From: a virus
Strand: one strand, 5' to 3'
Length of the DNA stretch: 64,000 nucleotides
Virus record (IMG/VR): IMGVR_UViG_3300012156_000141
Made by a program: the position numbers and the translations under genes. Under the pieces are notes generated by a model. It ran no database searches. It saw nothing but the letters and a program-made list of their open reading frames with translations, and was not told where the DNA came from. The first letter of the stretch is position 1. Each line of letters begins with the position of its first letter. Below, one piece after another: positions 1 through 11,900 of the stretch.

Positions 1-303
1 ATAAGAGAAGAGAAACTAAAAAAAGATAGGTTATATGTCATAAAAAGAAAAGATATTGATGATATTATTAACCTAACCTCTTTATTTGGTGATACTTTCC
101 CAGAAACGAGTTCTTTATATAGGCAAGGTAATCAATATAAGCTTGTATTTGGCATGAATGAACATGTAGATAAGGTTTTATTGGCTTTAGCTGATTTTGG
201 CCAGGTGGAGACAATTACAGGGTCAAGGTTAGCCTACATTATGGAACACAATGAGGCAATAATTAAAGAAGATGCTTTTAATAAACTTAAGCTCATGATT
301 TGA
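1..303 (+). CDS. mecA: MecA-like ClpC adaptor protein, C-terminal part (5' truncated by window)
   Basis: Frame 1 is open to TGA at 301-303 and reads ...SSLYRQGNQYKLVF...LADFG...LAYIMEHNEAIIKEDAFNKL, which matches the MecA C-terminal pattern SxLY..Y.L...xG...AYxxEH..II..A..L. Confidence 0.65.
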   Translation: MREEKLKKDRLYVIKRKDIDDIINLTSLFGDTFPETSSLYRQGNQYKLVFGMNEHVDKVLLALADFGQVETITGSRLAYIMEHNEAIIKEDAFNKLKLMI

Positions 304-306
304 CAT

Positions 307-333
307 AAAAAGAGACACATCAGGTGTCTTTTT
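307..333 (+). terminator. intrinsic terminator
   Basis: GACAC-ATCAG-GTGTC hairpin flanked by A and T runs. Confidence 0.7.
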
Positions 334-381
334 AGTTAACAAAAGATTGAAAATCTTCCATAATAATAATGGAGGTGTTTT

Positions 382-909
382 ATGGAAAAATGCAGAATGA
401 TAACAATTGACGCTTCGACAACAGCCACTGGTATGGCCATTTTTGATAATGGTATTTATAATAATGTTACATTCTTTGAGTTAGATAGTAAGAAACTTAA
501 TATGGATGAGCGTTTTCCACTTATGACTAAATGGATATATGATACACTAGAAAAATACAAGCCATATATTATTTATATAGAAGAAGCAGTAGTTACTAGA
601 AATGCCAGAGAACAAAGGTTTTTAGCCAGATTGCAAGGTGTCATTTATGCTTACTGTTTAAAAAACGACTGTGAATTCAACACAATTGTCCCGACGGAAT
701 GGAGGAAATATTCTGGAATAGAACAGGGAGGCAAGAAAAGACCTGAATTAAAAGCAGCAGCAATAGAACTAGTCAAAACTAAGTATGGACTGATGGTTTC
801 AGAGGATGAGGCTGAAGCTATTCTTATTGGGTATGCTGTTATAAAAAAATTTGAAGAATTAGAATACAAAATTAAAAAGCAGGTGAAAGATAAGCCTGCT
901 TGCCATTGA
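382..909 (+). CDS. RuvC-like Holliday junction resolvase (phage/plasmid type)
   Basis: RNase H-fold acidic motifs IDASTTATG, IYIEE, PTEWRK and EDEAEAILIG; GGAGG RBS. Confidence 0.8.
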   Translation: MEKCRMITIDASTTATGMAIFDNGIYNNVTFFELDSKKLNMDERFPLMTKWIYDTLEKYKPYIIYIEEAVVTRNAREQRFLARLQGVIYAYCLKNDCEFNTIVPTEWRKYSGIEQGGKKRPELKAAAIELVKTKYGLMVSEDEAEAILIGYAVIKKFEELEYKIKKQVKDKPACH

Positions 910-919
910 TTTTAGTAAT

Positions 920-1234
920 TTAATCTTTCATAAGTTTGCCCAGTTCGTTGACTATTCTTAAGCCATAGACATAACTTTCAACTTCGGAAATAAAATAATT
1001 ATACCTTTCTATAGGTAAAAAACTCATAAAATTATACTTACAATTCATTGTAAAAAGATATTTAATTATTTTATTCCGAACTTGGTTAAAAGATTTGTGT
1101 ATTTTTTCTTGTCGATCACGAATTTCTTTAATTTTAATTTTTTCTAAATATAACTCATCATATAATATAATTAATTTTTCTGAAAATTCTTCATCATTAA
1201 GCAGTGCTTTGATAAAATATTCATTCGTAATCAT
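920..1234 (-). CDS. hypothetical protein
   Basis: 104-aa ORF with GGAGG RBS upstream on the minus strand. Confidence 0.6.
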   Translation of the reverse strand: MITNEYFIKALLNDEEFSEKLIILYDELYLEKIKIKEIRDRQEKIHKSFNQVRNKIIKYLFTMNCKYNFMSFLPIERYNYFISEVESYVYGLRIVNELGKLMKD

Positions 1235-1399
1235 CTTTAATTAGCCTCCATTCATAAATTTAAAAATAATATGTAATATGTATTCAATAAATAGAAAAAA
1301 TATAAGCAATATATGTAAAATTGACTTGTATTATTTGAGATTAATCCTAGAAATTTTCTCACATATTGTTTTTATAAAATAGCAAATGGGTGATTACAT

Positions 1400-1811
1400 A
1401 TGTATTACAAGATTTTAGATAAAAGTATGAAGCATTATGATTGCAGTACAAGGAAGGTTCGAATGTTGGTATAAAACCCTTTGACCCTAGTCCAGAGTGT
1501 GGAGGCAGCTTATTTTTTTCGGATGAGAAGAATATACTGAGTTTTTGTGGTTATGGTGATTTGATTGCAGAGGTAACAGTACCAGTAGGCGAGACGATTG
1601 TACCTGTAGGAAATAAGTATAAGGCTAACAAAATCATTTTATATAATATCTGCATTTTGTGGGATATAAAAATTTTTAAGGAGTTAAAAAACAGGGAGTT
1701 AACATTCATGCCGATAATGACTATGCTTTGAGCTTGGCGGCATATAATGGTCATATAGAAGTCGTTAAATTTTTGAAGAATAAGACCAATCTTGGAAAAA
1801 CAGAATGTTAA
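1400..1811 (+). pseudogene. frameshifted paralog of the constant-head ankyrin-repeat gene (one repeat)
   Basis: ATG at 1400 gives MYYKILDKSMKHYD, frameshift near 1440 into QYKEG...[13 protein letters not shown], second frameshift near 1690 into GVNIHADNDYALSLAAYNGHIEVVKFL; homologous to genes at 26479 and 62993. Confidence 0.85.
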
Positions 1812-2124
1812 TACAATTTGAAACCGTATAGATCATTGAACAAAAAGGCTCATAATTATGAGTCTTTTATTTATGCTTATAAAAAAGAATTTATTATCAA
1901 ATTTATAATTCATACTATTTATAACACAGAAAAGTAGAGTACATTTTGTTCTCACTTACTGTGATTGAAGCTGTTATATAAATGTCAACTGTGATTATTA
2001 TATAAATTCAAAAACAGAAAAGGAGGATCTACTTTATGAAGAACATGATTAATAAAATTAGAATACTGGTTTTGTTATGTGAGATATTAGTACAGAAATT
2101 TTTTTTGAAAATCGAAAAAAGAGA

Positions 2125-2152
2125 TTGTCATTTATTCACTAACAGCTATAAT
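2125..2152 (+). promoter_or_regulatory. sigmaA-type promoter
   Basis: TTGTCA-N16-TATAAT upstream of the GAGGTG RBS and ATG 2174. Confidence 0.6.
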
Positions 2153-2173
2153 ATGTATAGTGAGGTGTATAAA

Positions 2174-3184
2174 ATGAGAAAACAAAAAATTAGACAAATC
2201 GCTGCATTAGGCTTAGTAGTGGCTGTAGCAATGAGCAGTGGAACGAAGGTTATGGCTGCATCTTGGCAGCAAAATAGTACCGGTTGGTGGTATCAGGAAG
2301 ATAATGGTGCCTGGCCAGCTGGAACTTGGAAATGGATTGATGGAAAATGTTACTACTTTGATGGTAATGGCTATATGTTAGCTAATACCACAACTCCAGA
2401 TGGATTCCAGGTGAATGCAAATGGCGAATGGGTTGTTGGTGGAGTGGTTCAGAATCAGGGAGCTTCTTCAACTACTACAAACACGAGTGCTCAATATCCA
2501 CTGGCTGGAATGCTTTCACAGTTGGGACTGAATTATACGGGTATTGTTGGATGGCATGATCTTGATGGCTGGGAGTCCAATTTACAGAATGGCTCCAGGC
2601 TTCCTTCAGAAGGCAAGTATTACTATACAAACCAAGGCTTTGGTTCTTTATATGCATTTGCATGTGCATTGTCTGGTGATGCATACCAGGGAGATTTGTT
2701 TGGTAGAACGGATCCGATTGAAGTGATTGCTGAGGCAAATAATGTTTCTTATGCTGAAGGCCAGCAGATGGTTAACATTGTTAGGGATTTCTTGAATTCA
2801 TTTGATTGGAAGAACTCTAATGATGATGTAAAGGCAAGTAAAGCCGCGGAACTAATTACTAATGGAGCAAGGTATGATGCTGTATCAAGTTCTGGATATC
2901 TATCAGGAGTTTTATTGAACAAAGAAGGCGGATGTAATCACTATGCAAGTAGTTATCAAACATTGGGAAGGCTAATTGGGCTGGATGTCTTGCATGTTGT
3001 AGGTCCTGGACATCAATTCAATTATATCAAAATTAATGGACAATGGAAGAAATTTGATGCTTCTGCAGTAGCTATGTATCATAGTGGAATTTCGTTTACC
3101 AATATTCCTCCTACAGAGGTAGATGCTGTTATATCTTTAGGTACATTAGACGCTAATGTTAAATCCATTTTAGGATTAAACTAA
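2174..3184 (+). CDS. secreted cell-wall-binding repeat protein with C-terminal transglutaminase-like (Cys-His-Asp) domain
   Basis: Signal peptide ending VMA; WQQNSTGWWY/WKWIDGKCYYFDGNGYML repeats; GGCNHYA...GHQFN...FDAS triad; start moved to 2174 on RBS evidence. Confidence 0.75.
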   Translation: MRKQKIRQIAALGLVVAVAMSSGTKVMAASWQQNSTGWWYQEDNGAWPAGTWKWIDGKCYYFDGNGYMLANTTTPDGFQVNANGEWVVGGVVQNQGASSTTTNTSAQYPLAGMLSQLGLNYTGIVGWHDLDGWESNLQNGSRLPSEGKYYYTNQGFGSLYAFACALSGDAYQGDLFGRTDPIEVIAEANNVSYAEGQQMVNIVRDFLNSFDWKNSNDDVKASKAAELITNGARYDAVSSSGYLSGVLLNKEGGCNHYASSYQTLGRLIGLDVLHVVGPGHQFNYIKINGQWKKFDASAVAMYHSGISFTNIPPTEVDAVISLGTLDANVKSILGLN

Positions 3185-3206
3185 AAGACTCCTTCGGGAG
3201 TCTTTT
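3183..3206 (+). terminator. intrinsic terminator
   Basis: AAAAGACTCC-TTCG-GGAGTCTTTT. Confidence 0.85.
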
Positions 3207-3808
3207 CCATTAAAAACACACTTATACACCAAGCGCGTTTTATAATAAACTAAATTAACATGCGGCCTATCAGACGTTCCCGCATCTGACGGCATTTTTA
3301 TTTTGGTTGATATGCGTCATATAAGACATCGAAAAAGCAACATTGACTTGTTGCTTTTTTATTGTCTAATTTTTGTAATTAAATAATATCAAAATATTAA
3401 GAAAAGGAAAAGTTACATATTATTTAACAGGATTAGCTTATAATAAAATTTGTTTTTTTAAATTAATTCATCATTTTACATGCAATATCATTCGTTATTC
3501 TAGAAAACAATGCATCGTTAAATCTATATTGAGAAGCATAGACTTTTCTACTTAGCCAATTTTGTTTTTGTCTTAATAGGAAAAACTTAAAAGAAGAGGA
3601 AAGTAATAATGAGATCAGAATCACTCTGTAGTTAACTCTATTATGCCAACGAACACTCAGATCTACTTATGTTGTTCCTTGTGGCAGAGCCGAAAGCGCA
3701 TAAATGTACTTTAATAACTGAATAAGAATTATCATCAGAATTAGTTTTCATAAAAACTCTTATATGTTATAATATCTGGTAGTAAATATAGAAAAGAGGT
3801 GTTACGTT

Positions 3809-4381
3809 ATGCAACCAATTGAGAGTTTTAAAATGAAATTTTATAATCCACATACACAAGAAGATATTATTTGTCAAATAGATGAAGCTGAATGCACGGA
3901 TTATGTTGAGATGATGATAAAATCAAAGCATTCCGAGCCTTTAGAAGGATTTGCCAGATTGTCTTATGTGGAGATAAAAGAAGAAAAGTCGAACTCAATT
4001 ATTGCCGTTTGTGTAGATTTTAAAAACATAAATGAAAAAATAATCTTAGATGTTTACGTTGCATTGCTGGAAACATATACTCAAAGACAAGGATATGGCA
4101 CCATGCTATTTAATGCTATGCTGAAATATATTGAAGAAAGAGTGATTGCTTCGACTGGAGGAGAAGCGATTTTAAAGAGCATACGTGGTGAATTATCTTT
4201 TAAGGATAAGAAACTCGAAAATTGGAAGAAATCCATTCCTTTTTACAATAATTTAGCATATTTATTGAAAGACCGGTTTTGTATACTCTTTAAAGATGAT
4301 ACAGACAATACCATTGATTCAAAGTTATTTGAAAGCCATGTCGAAAATGGTTTTTTCATTTTTGAAAATGTGTTTTATTAA
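3809..4381 (+). CDS. GNAT-like acetyltransferase-fold protein
   Basis: QRQGYGT acetyl-CoA-binding-like motif and later IPFY; extended -10 TGTTATAAT at 3765. Confidence 0.55.
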   Translation: MQPIESFKMKFYNPHTQEDIICQIDEAECTDYVEMMIKSKHSEPLEGFARLSYVEIKEEKSNSIIAVCVDFKNINEKIILDVYVALLETYTQRQGYGTMLFNAMLKYIEERVIASTGGEAILKSIRGELSFKDKKLENWKKSIPFYNNLAYLLKDRFCILFKDDTDNTIDSKLFESHVENGFFIFENVFY

Positions 4382-4644
4382 GAAAATTGGATGTTTGGAT
4401 TATTTAAAATGCTTTTAGTGTAATAAATCATCGGGCATTTTATTTCTTTGAAGTTTGCTCTTGGATTGTTGAGTCTGTTATCAGTAAATAGAATGTTCCA
4501 ACTTGTTTCAAAATCAATAAGAGAAAGACCTTTTGGAAAATCTTTGGGATTTATAAAAAACTCTGTTTTAGGTGGCATATTTAGATCTGTATAGTCGAGA
4601 CCCAAAATCCGGTTATGATTAGGTGTTATTATAATAATACTCAT
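4378..4644 (-). CDS. hypothetical protein
   Basis: 88 aa, AAGGAG RBS, CATAATA motif upstream; converges on the GNAT gene with overlapping stop codons. Confidence 0.65.
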   Translation of the reverse strand: MSIIIITPNHNRILGLDYTDLNMPPKTEFFINPKDFPKGLSLIDFETSWNILFTDNRLNNPRANFKEIKCPMIYYTKSILNNPNIQFS

Positions 4645-5973
4645 CAGTTTCTCCTTTTATTTTTATTATGCGAGAAAATGGTAAACAATTATATATCTTT
4701 TATTTTATTCAGTTATTAAGAAAGCAGGACGTTTTCCCTATCTTTAATAGCTGATTTTTTATTTATAAAAGGCAGCAGGCCCAGGGACTTTGATTTTGTA
4801 GTTGACTCTGGAAAAGTAGAAACAGTAGCAGTGGCTGCAGAGAAACTTACTATTATAGGTAGGGACAGAGACGGGAACAGGGACAAAAACTGAGACAGGA
4901 GCTCTATGTGTATATTGCTGAAGAATGTACTCACAAGTTCACACGTTGATAACTGAATAGAGTAGAAATCTGATAAATCGGATGTTATTTTTAAGAAAAG
5001 ATTGCATAATATATAGAGAGAATGATTGATGGAGATTACGAGAGTTATTGACATTATAATTCTATCTGGTATAATTGAATTAACAAAAAAAAGCAGTACC
5101 ATAAAGGCACTGCCTCTTTCCGAGTTTATTGATTGTCTTTATGACAATCACCCGGCTTGTCAGATGTTGGAGCATCAGACGAGCCTTTTTTCTTGCAATC
5201 ACACAACGCCTTATGTACTTTAGACATTAGGCCGATTGAGTGATGCACGAGTGCAACAATTTTGCACAAGATGTCAAAATTACTCACTAGGCAATCTGTT
5301 CCTTTCTTAAGTCTAGGCTATATGCCCGTGAAAAACTCATAAATTATGGGTCTTTCAAAGACATACAACCTATACCGAGAAAGGTGCTTCATATCTGACT
5401 GTTCCCTATATTCCGTAGGGTAAATACAAACACTCCACTTGTCTGAGGAACAAAATTATATTACCATAAAATGTTAACTGTGTACAGACTTAATCTTACG
5501 ATTTCTATTTTATTCAGTTATTAATGAGCAGTGCTGTTTGTCTCTGTTAATAACTGCTTTTATTAAGGTCAAAAACATGATGTGTTGATTCTGACTCCGT
5601 ACTAAGCGTTTGAAAGTGTAAGCTGACTCGGAATCCGTACTTGGCTCTGAAAATAAGTGAAGGCAGGGATAAAGACAATGATGGCAGCATGGACAACAGA
5701 AATGGTGCTTGAACGTTCCTGATAGTTGTGCCATAGTAAACGGCTTTGCTCATGGCTCTGTTAACAACAGATTTCTTACAGCCAAAAACATATCAGGAGC
5801 AGCGGCATTTGTGCCAGCTAAACAACATTAATGAATAATCCAATAAAAAGGCCTTGGGTCTTTTTTTATTTTCACTCTAAATCTTTTCTTAAAAGCAACA
5901 TACTAAAAAGAAAGTGTATTAAAGTTCTGTTCTAACCTACTAAAGACAGAACTAATAAAAATAGGAGGTTGTA

Positions 5974-8900
5974 ATGATCAATAAAATAAAATTATTTTTA
6001 GAACACAAAAAACGACCAATTGCGGTTATGATGGCCTGTTTGTTATTTGTCGCAGCAATTATACCGAGTCTAGTCAATACAATTGAAGCATCAGCTCAAA
6101 CGGTAAGAGTAATGGGACGAAATAAGTGGACATATGGTGGAAAAACCAGGTACCAATGGGTTGGTTCTGATGATGTTACATATTTTTGTGCCGAACCAGG
6201 AGTACATAACTCAAACCCAGGACAAAAAAGCGAATATTCTCCAGGAAGTACAAGAGGGATATATCAGAGTCTGGATTATCATTGTAAAATTGCTGCAATG
6301 GGTTATTGTTACAATAATAAATTAGTATCCTACAAAGATGCTCAGGTTTATCTTTGGAATGGTTGTTCAGGAAATGCCATCATTGATGCATGGGCGGCAC
6401 AATTTATTGCAGAACAATCAGGTACATCTGTCGGTGGATTTTCATTGCCATTACATATGTACCAATCACCAGAACTATCTCGTACAGATCCAATTGAAAT
6501 TAAATTAGTAAATGGTAATGAATTTGTAGCAGAAATACCATTAACATCTGAACAGGAAGATGTGTTTTCAGATCCAGGTACTCTTTTTAGTATTGAAGGT
6601 TATACCAACTGGACAAAAATAATTGAAAACGGGAAGTTAAAAATAACTTTTCTGGGAGGGACAAAGCCAAACTTGTCATCTGCAATGAAGATTACGCCAT
6701 CATTAATCAAAGCAACACAATACGGCTTGAGCAACGGAAAACCTACTGTATACTATATTTATCAAGAGGGCCAAGACTTCATTACTGGCAATTATATCCA
6801 AATTCCTGCCGAGTACTATCTTGACTTTGCCACTGATCCCATGCCGGTAGAGGTACAAGATTCTGAATGTACAGCTATTTTGCATGAAGAAGTATTTCAG
6901 ACAACATATAACATTGATTTGTATAAATATGACTATGAAACAGGAAAATCATTAGAGGGTTCTGAATGGAATGTCCTTGAAGCGTTTGATGATGGGCAGG
7001 ATGGAATTGGAGATGGTCATAATGGAACCGTGTCACTGGATTTAATGAATCCTCAAGAATCTTCATGGGATGGATACCATACATGTGCTGTAAACCTGCG
7101 CACTGATACAAATGGCTATATTAAACATACAGACATAAGATCTTATTATTATGCAAAAACTTATTGTACTGGTCACCCAGAACCCGAATCGACTGGTGAT
7201 GAAGAGGAAGATGAGGATGCAATGGCTGAATGGGAAGCACAAGTTGCTGCTTGTGAAGCATCTACCTCATTTCACTCAATTGAACCCGGTGAAGGGTATC
7301 AAGCAATGATTGCCGACAGAGATGCTACTTATGAGGCATTTATTAACTTAGAATATCAATACACAATGCAGGAATCAAATGCAAGAATTGGCTATTCCAA
7401 ACATGATTTACATGCAGATGATGTCAGAATCCCAGTTGTAACTATTGCCTCTTCTGAATCAGGAAAACAACAGAAATGGGCAAATGAATACTCTGATAAT
7501 ATTGTTTCAACTGGAATTTACACACCTAAATATAAAGATTTTACAGTTGGTCTTAGTGATGATAGTTCGGATGGAGATGATGATGACTATAATGGTGAAA
7601 TGGAGTATTTCATTACTGATGCAATTGTTATAGCTATCTCTGACTCTGGAAAAACGATTAAAGTGGATAATGATGGTGAAACCTTAACTTTTGATATATC
7701 AAAAGCGAACATTGATTATGATGGACTAAGCAAAATAGAAATAGGCTGCTATGTGGATGTCAATTATGTAGAACAATCCGGAAGTGATAAACATAAAGCA
7801 CTGGATATTTATGCTTATGGCAAAATGGAACCAGAATACAGGAATGTTTCCGGATATGTCAAATCCGTTAGTGGAAAGAAAATGGTAATAGAGCCAGATG
7901 ATGGTTCATCACCAACACAATACGATTTCACGCAGGCATACAAAAATGATGAAATCTATAATGATTATACATCATCTAAAATACCAACAGTAGGTTCGTA
8001 TATTGTAGATATGGAATATATCTATACTGGAAGCGGATATCAAACAGTCGAAAATATGGAATTTGTTCCTAAGAAATGCTTAGCAGATGCCGGGTACTTG
8101 TTAATGCCATTAATGCATGTAGAAGGGACATTCTTTACAACAACAGAACTTATAGATAAGACCTATGAACAAACCCTGGAAGAAACTTCAGAGGAAAAGA
8201 ACTTTGTTAGTGAAAACGATTTTGATGAAGTTGACGAAATAAATGTAACTAGTGAAATCAAAGGGACAGTAAAAAGGGTTAGTACCAAGGCAACAGATTC
8301 AAATGTTACATCAATATCTGAAGATGATTTCATCTTTGAAAGTGATGATGACTTGGAAACGGATATTGATGATGCCCTTGCAACGGCATCAAATGCGGTT
8401 ATAATGACCTATACTGCTGATGGTGAATATTTAAATGTGAATAATGAAGCTTACCCAAGTTCTATTTCCAGACTAAATAGAAACATAGCAGCACTAAGTG
8501 TTAGTGGTGAAAATACTAATGCGGATATTACTCAATATTCATCTAAAGAGAATAGCCCAAAAGCAGAACCACCAGATGAAAGCAATACAATTCTTATGAC
8601 ATGGAAGGTTTATGACCACCGTTTTGAGGGTGAAATCCATATTAATAAAAGAGACTTAAGCCTATCAACTTTAGAACAAAAGAACGGGAACTTTGATGCT
8701 TATGCAATAGCAAACGGAGATGCTACATTAGAAGGTGCTGTTTATGGTTTGTTTGCAGCAGAGGATATTATACATCCAGATGGAAAAACCGGAGCTGTAT
8801 TCCAAACAAATGATTTAGTGGCAGTAGCAACCACGGACAGAAATGGCGACGCTTCATTTATGGCATTTACCGAAAGTCCAGGAACCACTTTAGACGAAAA

Positions 8901-11900
8901 GGGTAACATTCTACCATCTCAAACCTCAAGCACCAACATCTTTGATATGAATGGATATCGAGATGACTATCCTGATGATGACAATCTTGGTAGAATTTAT
9001 TTCGATAACATTAATCAAAATGGTAATGCATGGATTGGACGCCCACTCATTTGTGGAGAACATAATTATTACATAAAAGAACTTTCAAGGTCTGAGGGAT
9101 ATGAGTTATCTGTATCAGGAAAAGATAAAAACGATACAAACTTTGGTTCCGAATCAACAATTGACTTTGCATTAAGCGGTAAAGCAAAATTTAGTCCAGC
9201 TCCCTACTGGAACAATCAGGTCGGTAGTGGCGACAAACTGGATACAGCAAGTGTAGAGTTTAGCGTAGAATCAATAAATACAAAAAACGGATACACTCTT
9301 TCTACTAAAAAATACATAGAAGGAACAACATTCTATTTTATAACCCATAACTATGTTGATCAACCTGTTGAGGTGGAAGTAGGAACAAAAGAAGTACCAA
9401 TTACTAATAAAAATGGAAATCCAGTATACAAAACATATAATGCTAGTGACATAAAATATGATGCAAATGGAAGTCCAATCTATCTGATTAGAACAACAAC
9501 AGAAACAGAAGTTAGAGACAATAATAATAACCTATCTATTATTACTGGAATGAGTGCTTCGGATAGTGCGAAGTATTTGTTCAAAGATGGAACAGGCTCA
9601 ATTATTAATGACCCAGCAACAGGAGCAACAACTGTTCCTAAAATAAGAAAGAATCAATATGCTTCCGGTGGAACAGTATCAGTAACAATTGACCCAGCAA
9701 AACCATTAGGAGATTATTCCACAGTTCGTTCTGCATCAATGAATATTCTGACTGGATTAGGATATTTGGTAACTGATGATGATGGTGGATTTACTACCAT
9801 TACCTTAACAGGAACAACAAATCAAGAGTTTGTTAATCAAATCGTTAATTGGTATGTGCAAAATCCGTTTTGGAATGCTGCAGAAGTAGAAGATGTTTAC
9901 CTGGATATCGATGGCAAGTACAAAGCTATACTGCTTTATGATTATGCAGAAGTTGTTAGCGGAAATATGAAATACTACACATGGGTGTATGAAGAGAGCA
10001 CAGGCGACCTTTACTATTGCGCCAAATATCCTGTAGTAGGCAGAAATGGAATTAATAGAGGTACATATAGAACTTATATAAAATTTAACTCTAGTGAAAT
10101 AACGCCTATCTATGGATTAGCAGGAACAATTCGTTCCTTCTCAATTGACCATATGAGAAGAATTCCTGATGGAACACAACTTGTATTAGGTGAAGACATT
10201 TCAAAATACATAGCAAATGAATACTACAAAAAATATGACACTTATAATGGTGGAGAATTTGTTTTAGATAGTAATGGTAATAAAATACAGGAAACAGAAT
10301 TTATTCCAGTTTATGACACTGTTATTACATCAGTAGACAACCCAACTTATACCCAAATTCCCGCAATTTGGAATGAGGCAAAACAATCATATGAATTCGT
10401 TGTTTCAGAAGCCGACATTGCACAATATGGCTTTGCCTCTGACGAAAATATTGATTGGACTCGGGTAGAGTTTAAAGCAACATCACCAGAGAAGTATATC
10501 ACCATTAATGGCTCTAAGATGGAATATGGCCAGTATTTAGAATACTATGGTGTAATGAACTTAAGCGTAAATAAATCACAAGAGCAGCTTGAAGCAGAGA
10601 AAGCTTCCTACATTGTTTATAAGCAATTACCAAATGGAACTCAGATGGTAGTTAAAATAGATGGTGATACTGGTGAGGCGCCGATTGCTGTTCAAGAAAG
10701 ACCCATCAAGCAACAGATAAAAATAATAAAGGATATCCAAGTAAATGAAGATGGTTCCTATGCTGATGATACATACTCAGCAGTACATGCAGACAACTTA
10801 TCTACCAATGAATATAATCGCTGGTTAGACAAAGTACCAGATTGGCTATCAAGTTTAATTGGTGGTAACGAGCCAGAAAACACAACCGCATATGTCCCTG
10901 ACTTTAGATTCAAGATATACTTAAAATCTAATTTAGAGCGTTTGTACCGTGATAATGATGGCAACGTTGTTTGGATGGATAGAAACGGAAACACATTATC
11001 TCCAGAATATAAAGATTTAGATGGAGATGGAAACTATGACACATTTGTATGGAAAGATGTAAATGATAAGGTCACGGATTTCCCTGAAGAAGCAAGAATT
11101 AGTGATGAAAGAAAAATTGAATCTTCCAATGTGCAGAAGATTTATACAAAAGTAGAACACAATACAGGGTCAAAAACTGTTGGAGATATTAACAATAATG
11201 TTTGGACCACATATGATGACCCACAGACCGATGATATTGAACATGTTGGTGAGAAGTATGGATATTCCACATCGCTGTTTGATTCAGAAGGAAATGCAGT
11301 TCTCATTAATGATTCTCTTTACAGTTACAATGATAAGAATATCAATGTAAATAAGACAGATCGTATTAACAAAGAACAAAATATTGGCTATACAAGAATT
11401 TTAGAAAGTGTTGATGAAATTTATAATTACAGTAAGTTCTTTGATGCGATTCATGTGGCTAATATCGACAAGTGGGATAGTGATATGATATCTGGTACTG
11501 AAAACTATCCCGGACAGAATTGGTTTGATACATTTGACAACCAGTACCAAAAAGAAGATGAAAACACCTCTTATAAACCATTCCAGTGGATAAGAGAACA
11601 GCTATTTGGAAGCACCTTTGACTCAGCCTCTGAATATGAAGCAATTCATGATAATGTAAACATAGAGAATGAGAAAAACACTTCTGTAATAGCCCATAAA
11701 AATTCTCAAGCATCCAATGCAGTAAGACAGTTTGCGATTGGTTGGTATCTAAAAGATGAAGTTGCCAAACTGCTTGTAAATAACGGATATGACGAAGATG
11801 TAGCTAAAACAATTATAATTGAATCCGATGGAACTGTAAAAGTTAATGAGTATGCTGGAGTAGTAGACTATAGCGAGGAAATATATGATATTGCATTATA

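Noticed and set aside
5140-5460. Group II intron or diversity-generating retroelement
   Set aside because: No reverse transcriptase (YxDD) ORF, domain V hairpin or adenine-specific TR/VR pair could be identified in the window.
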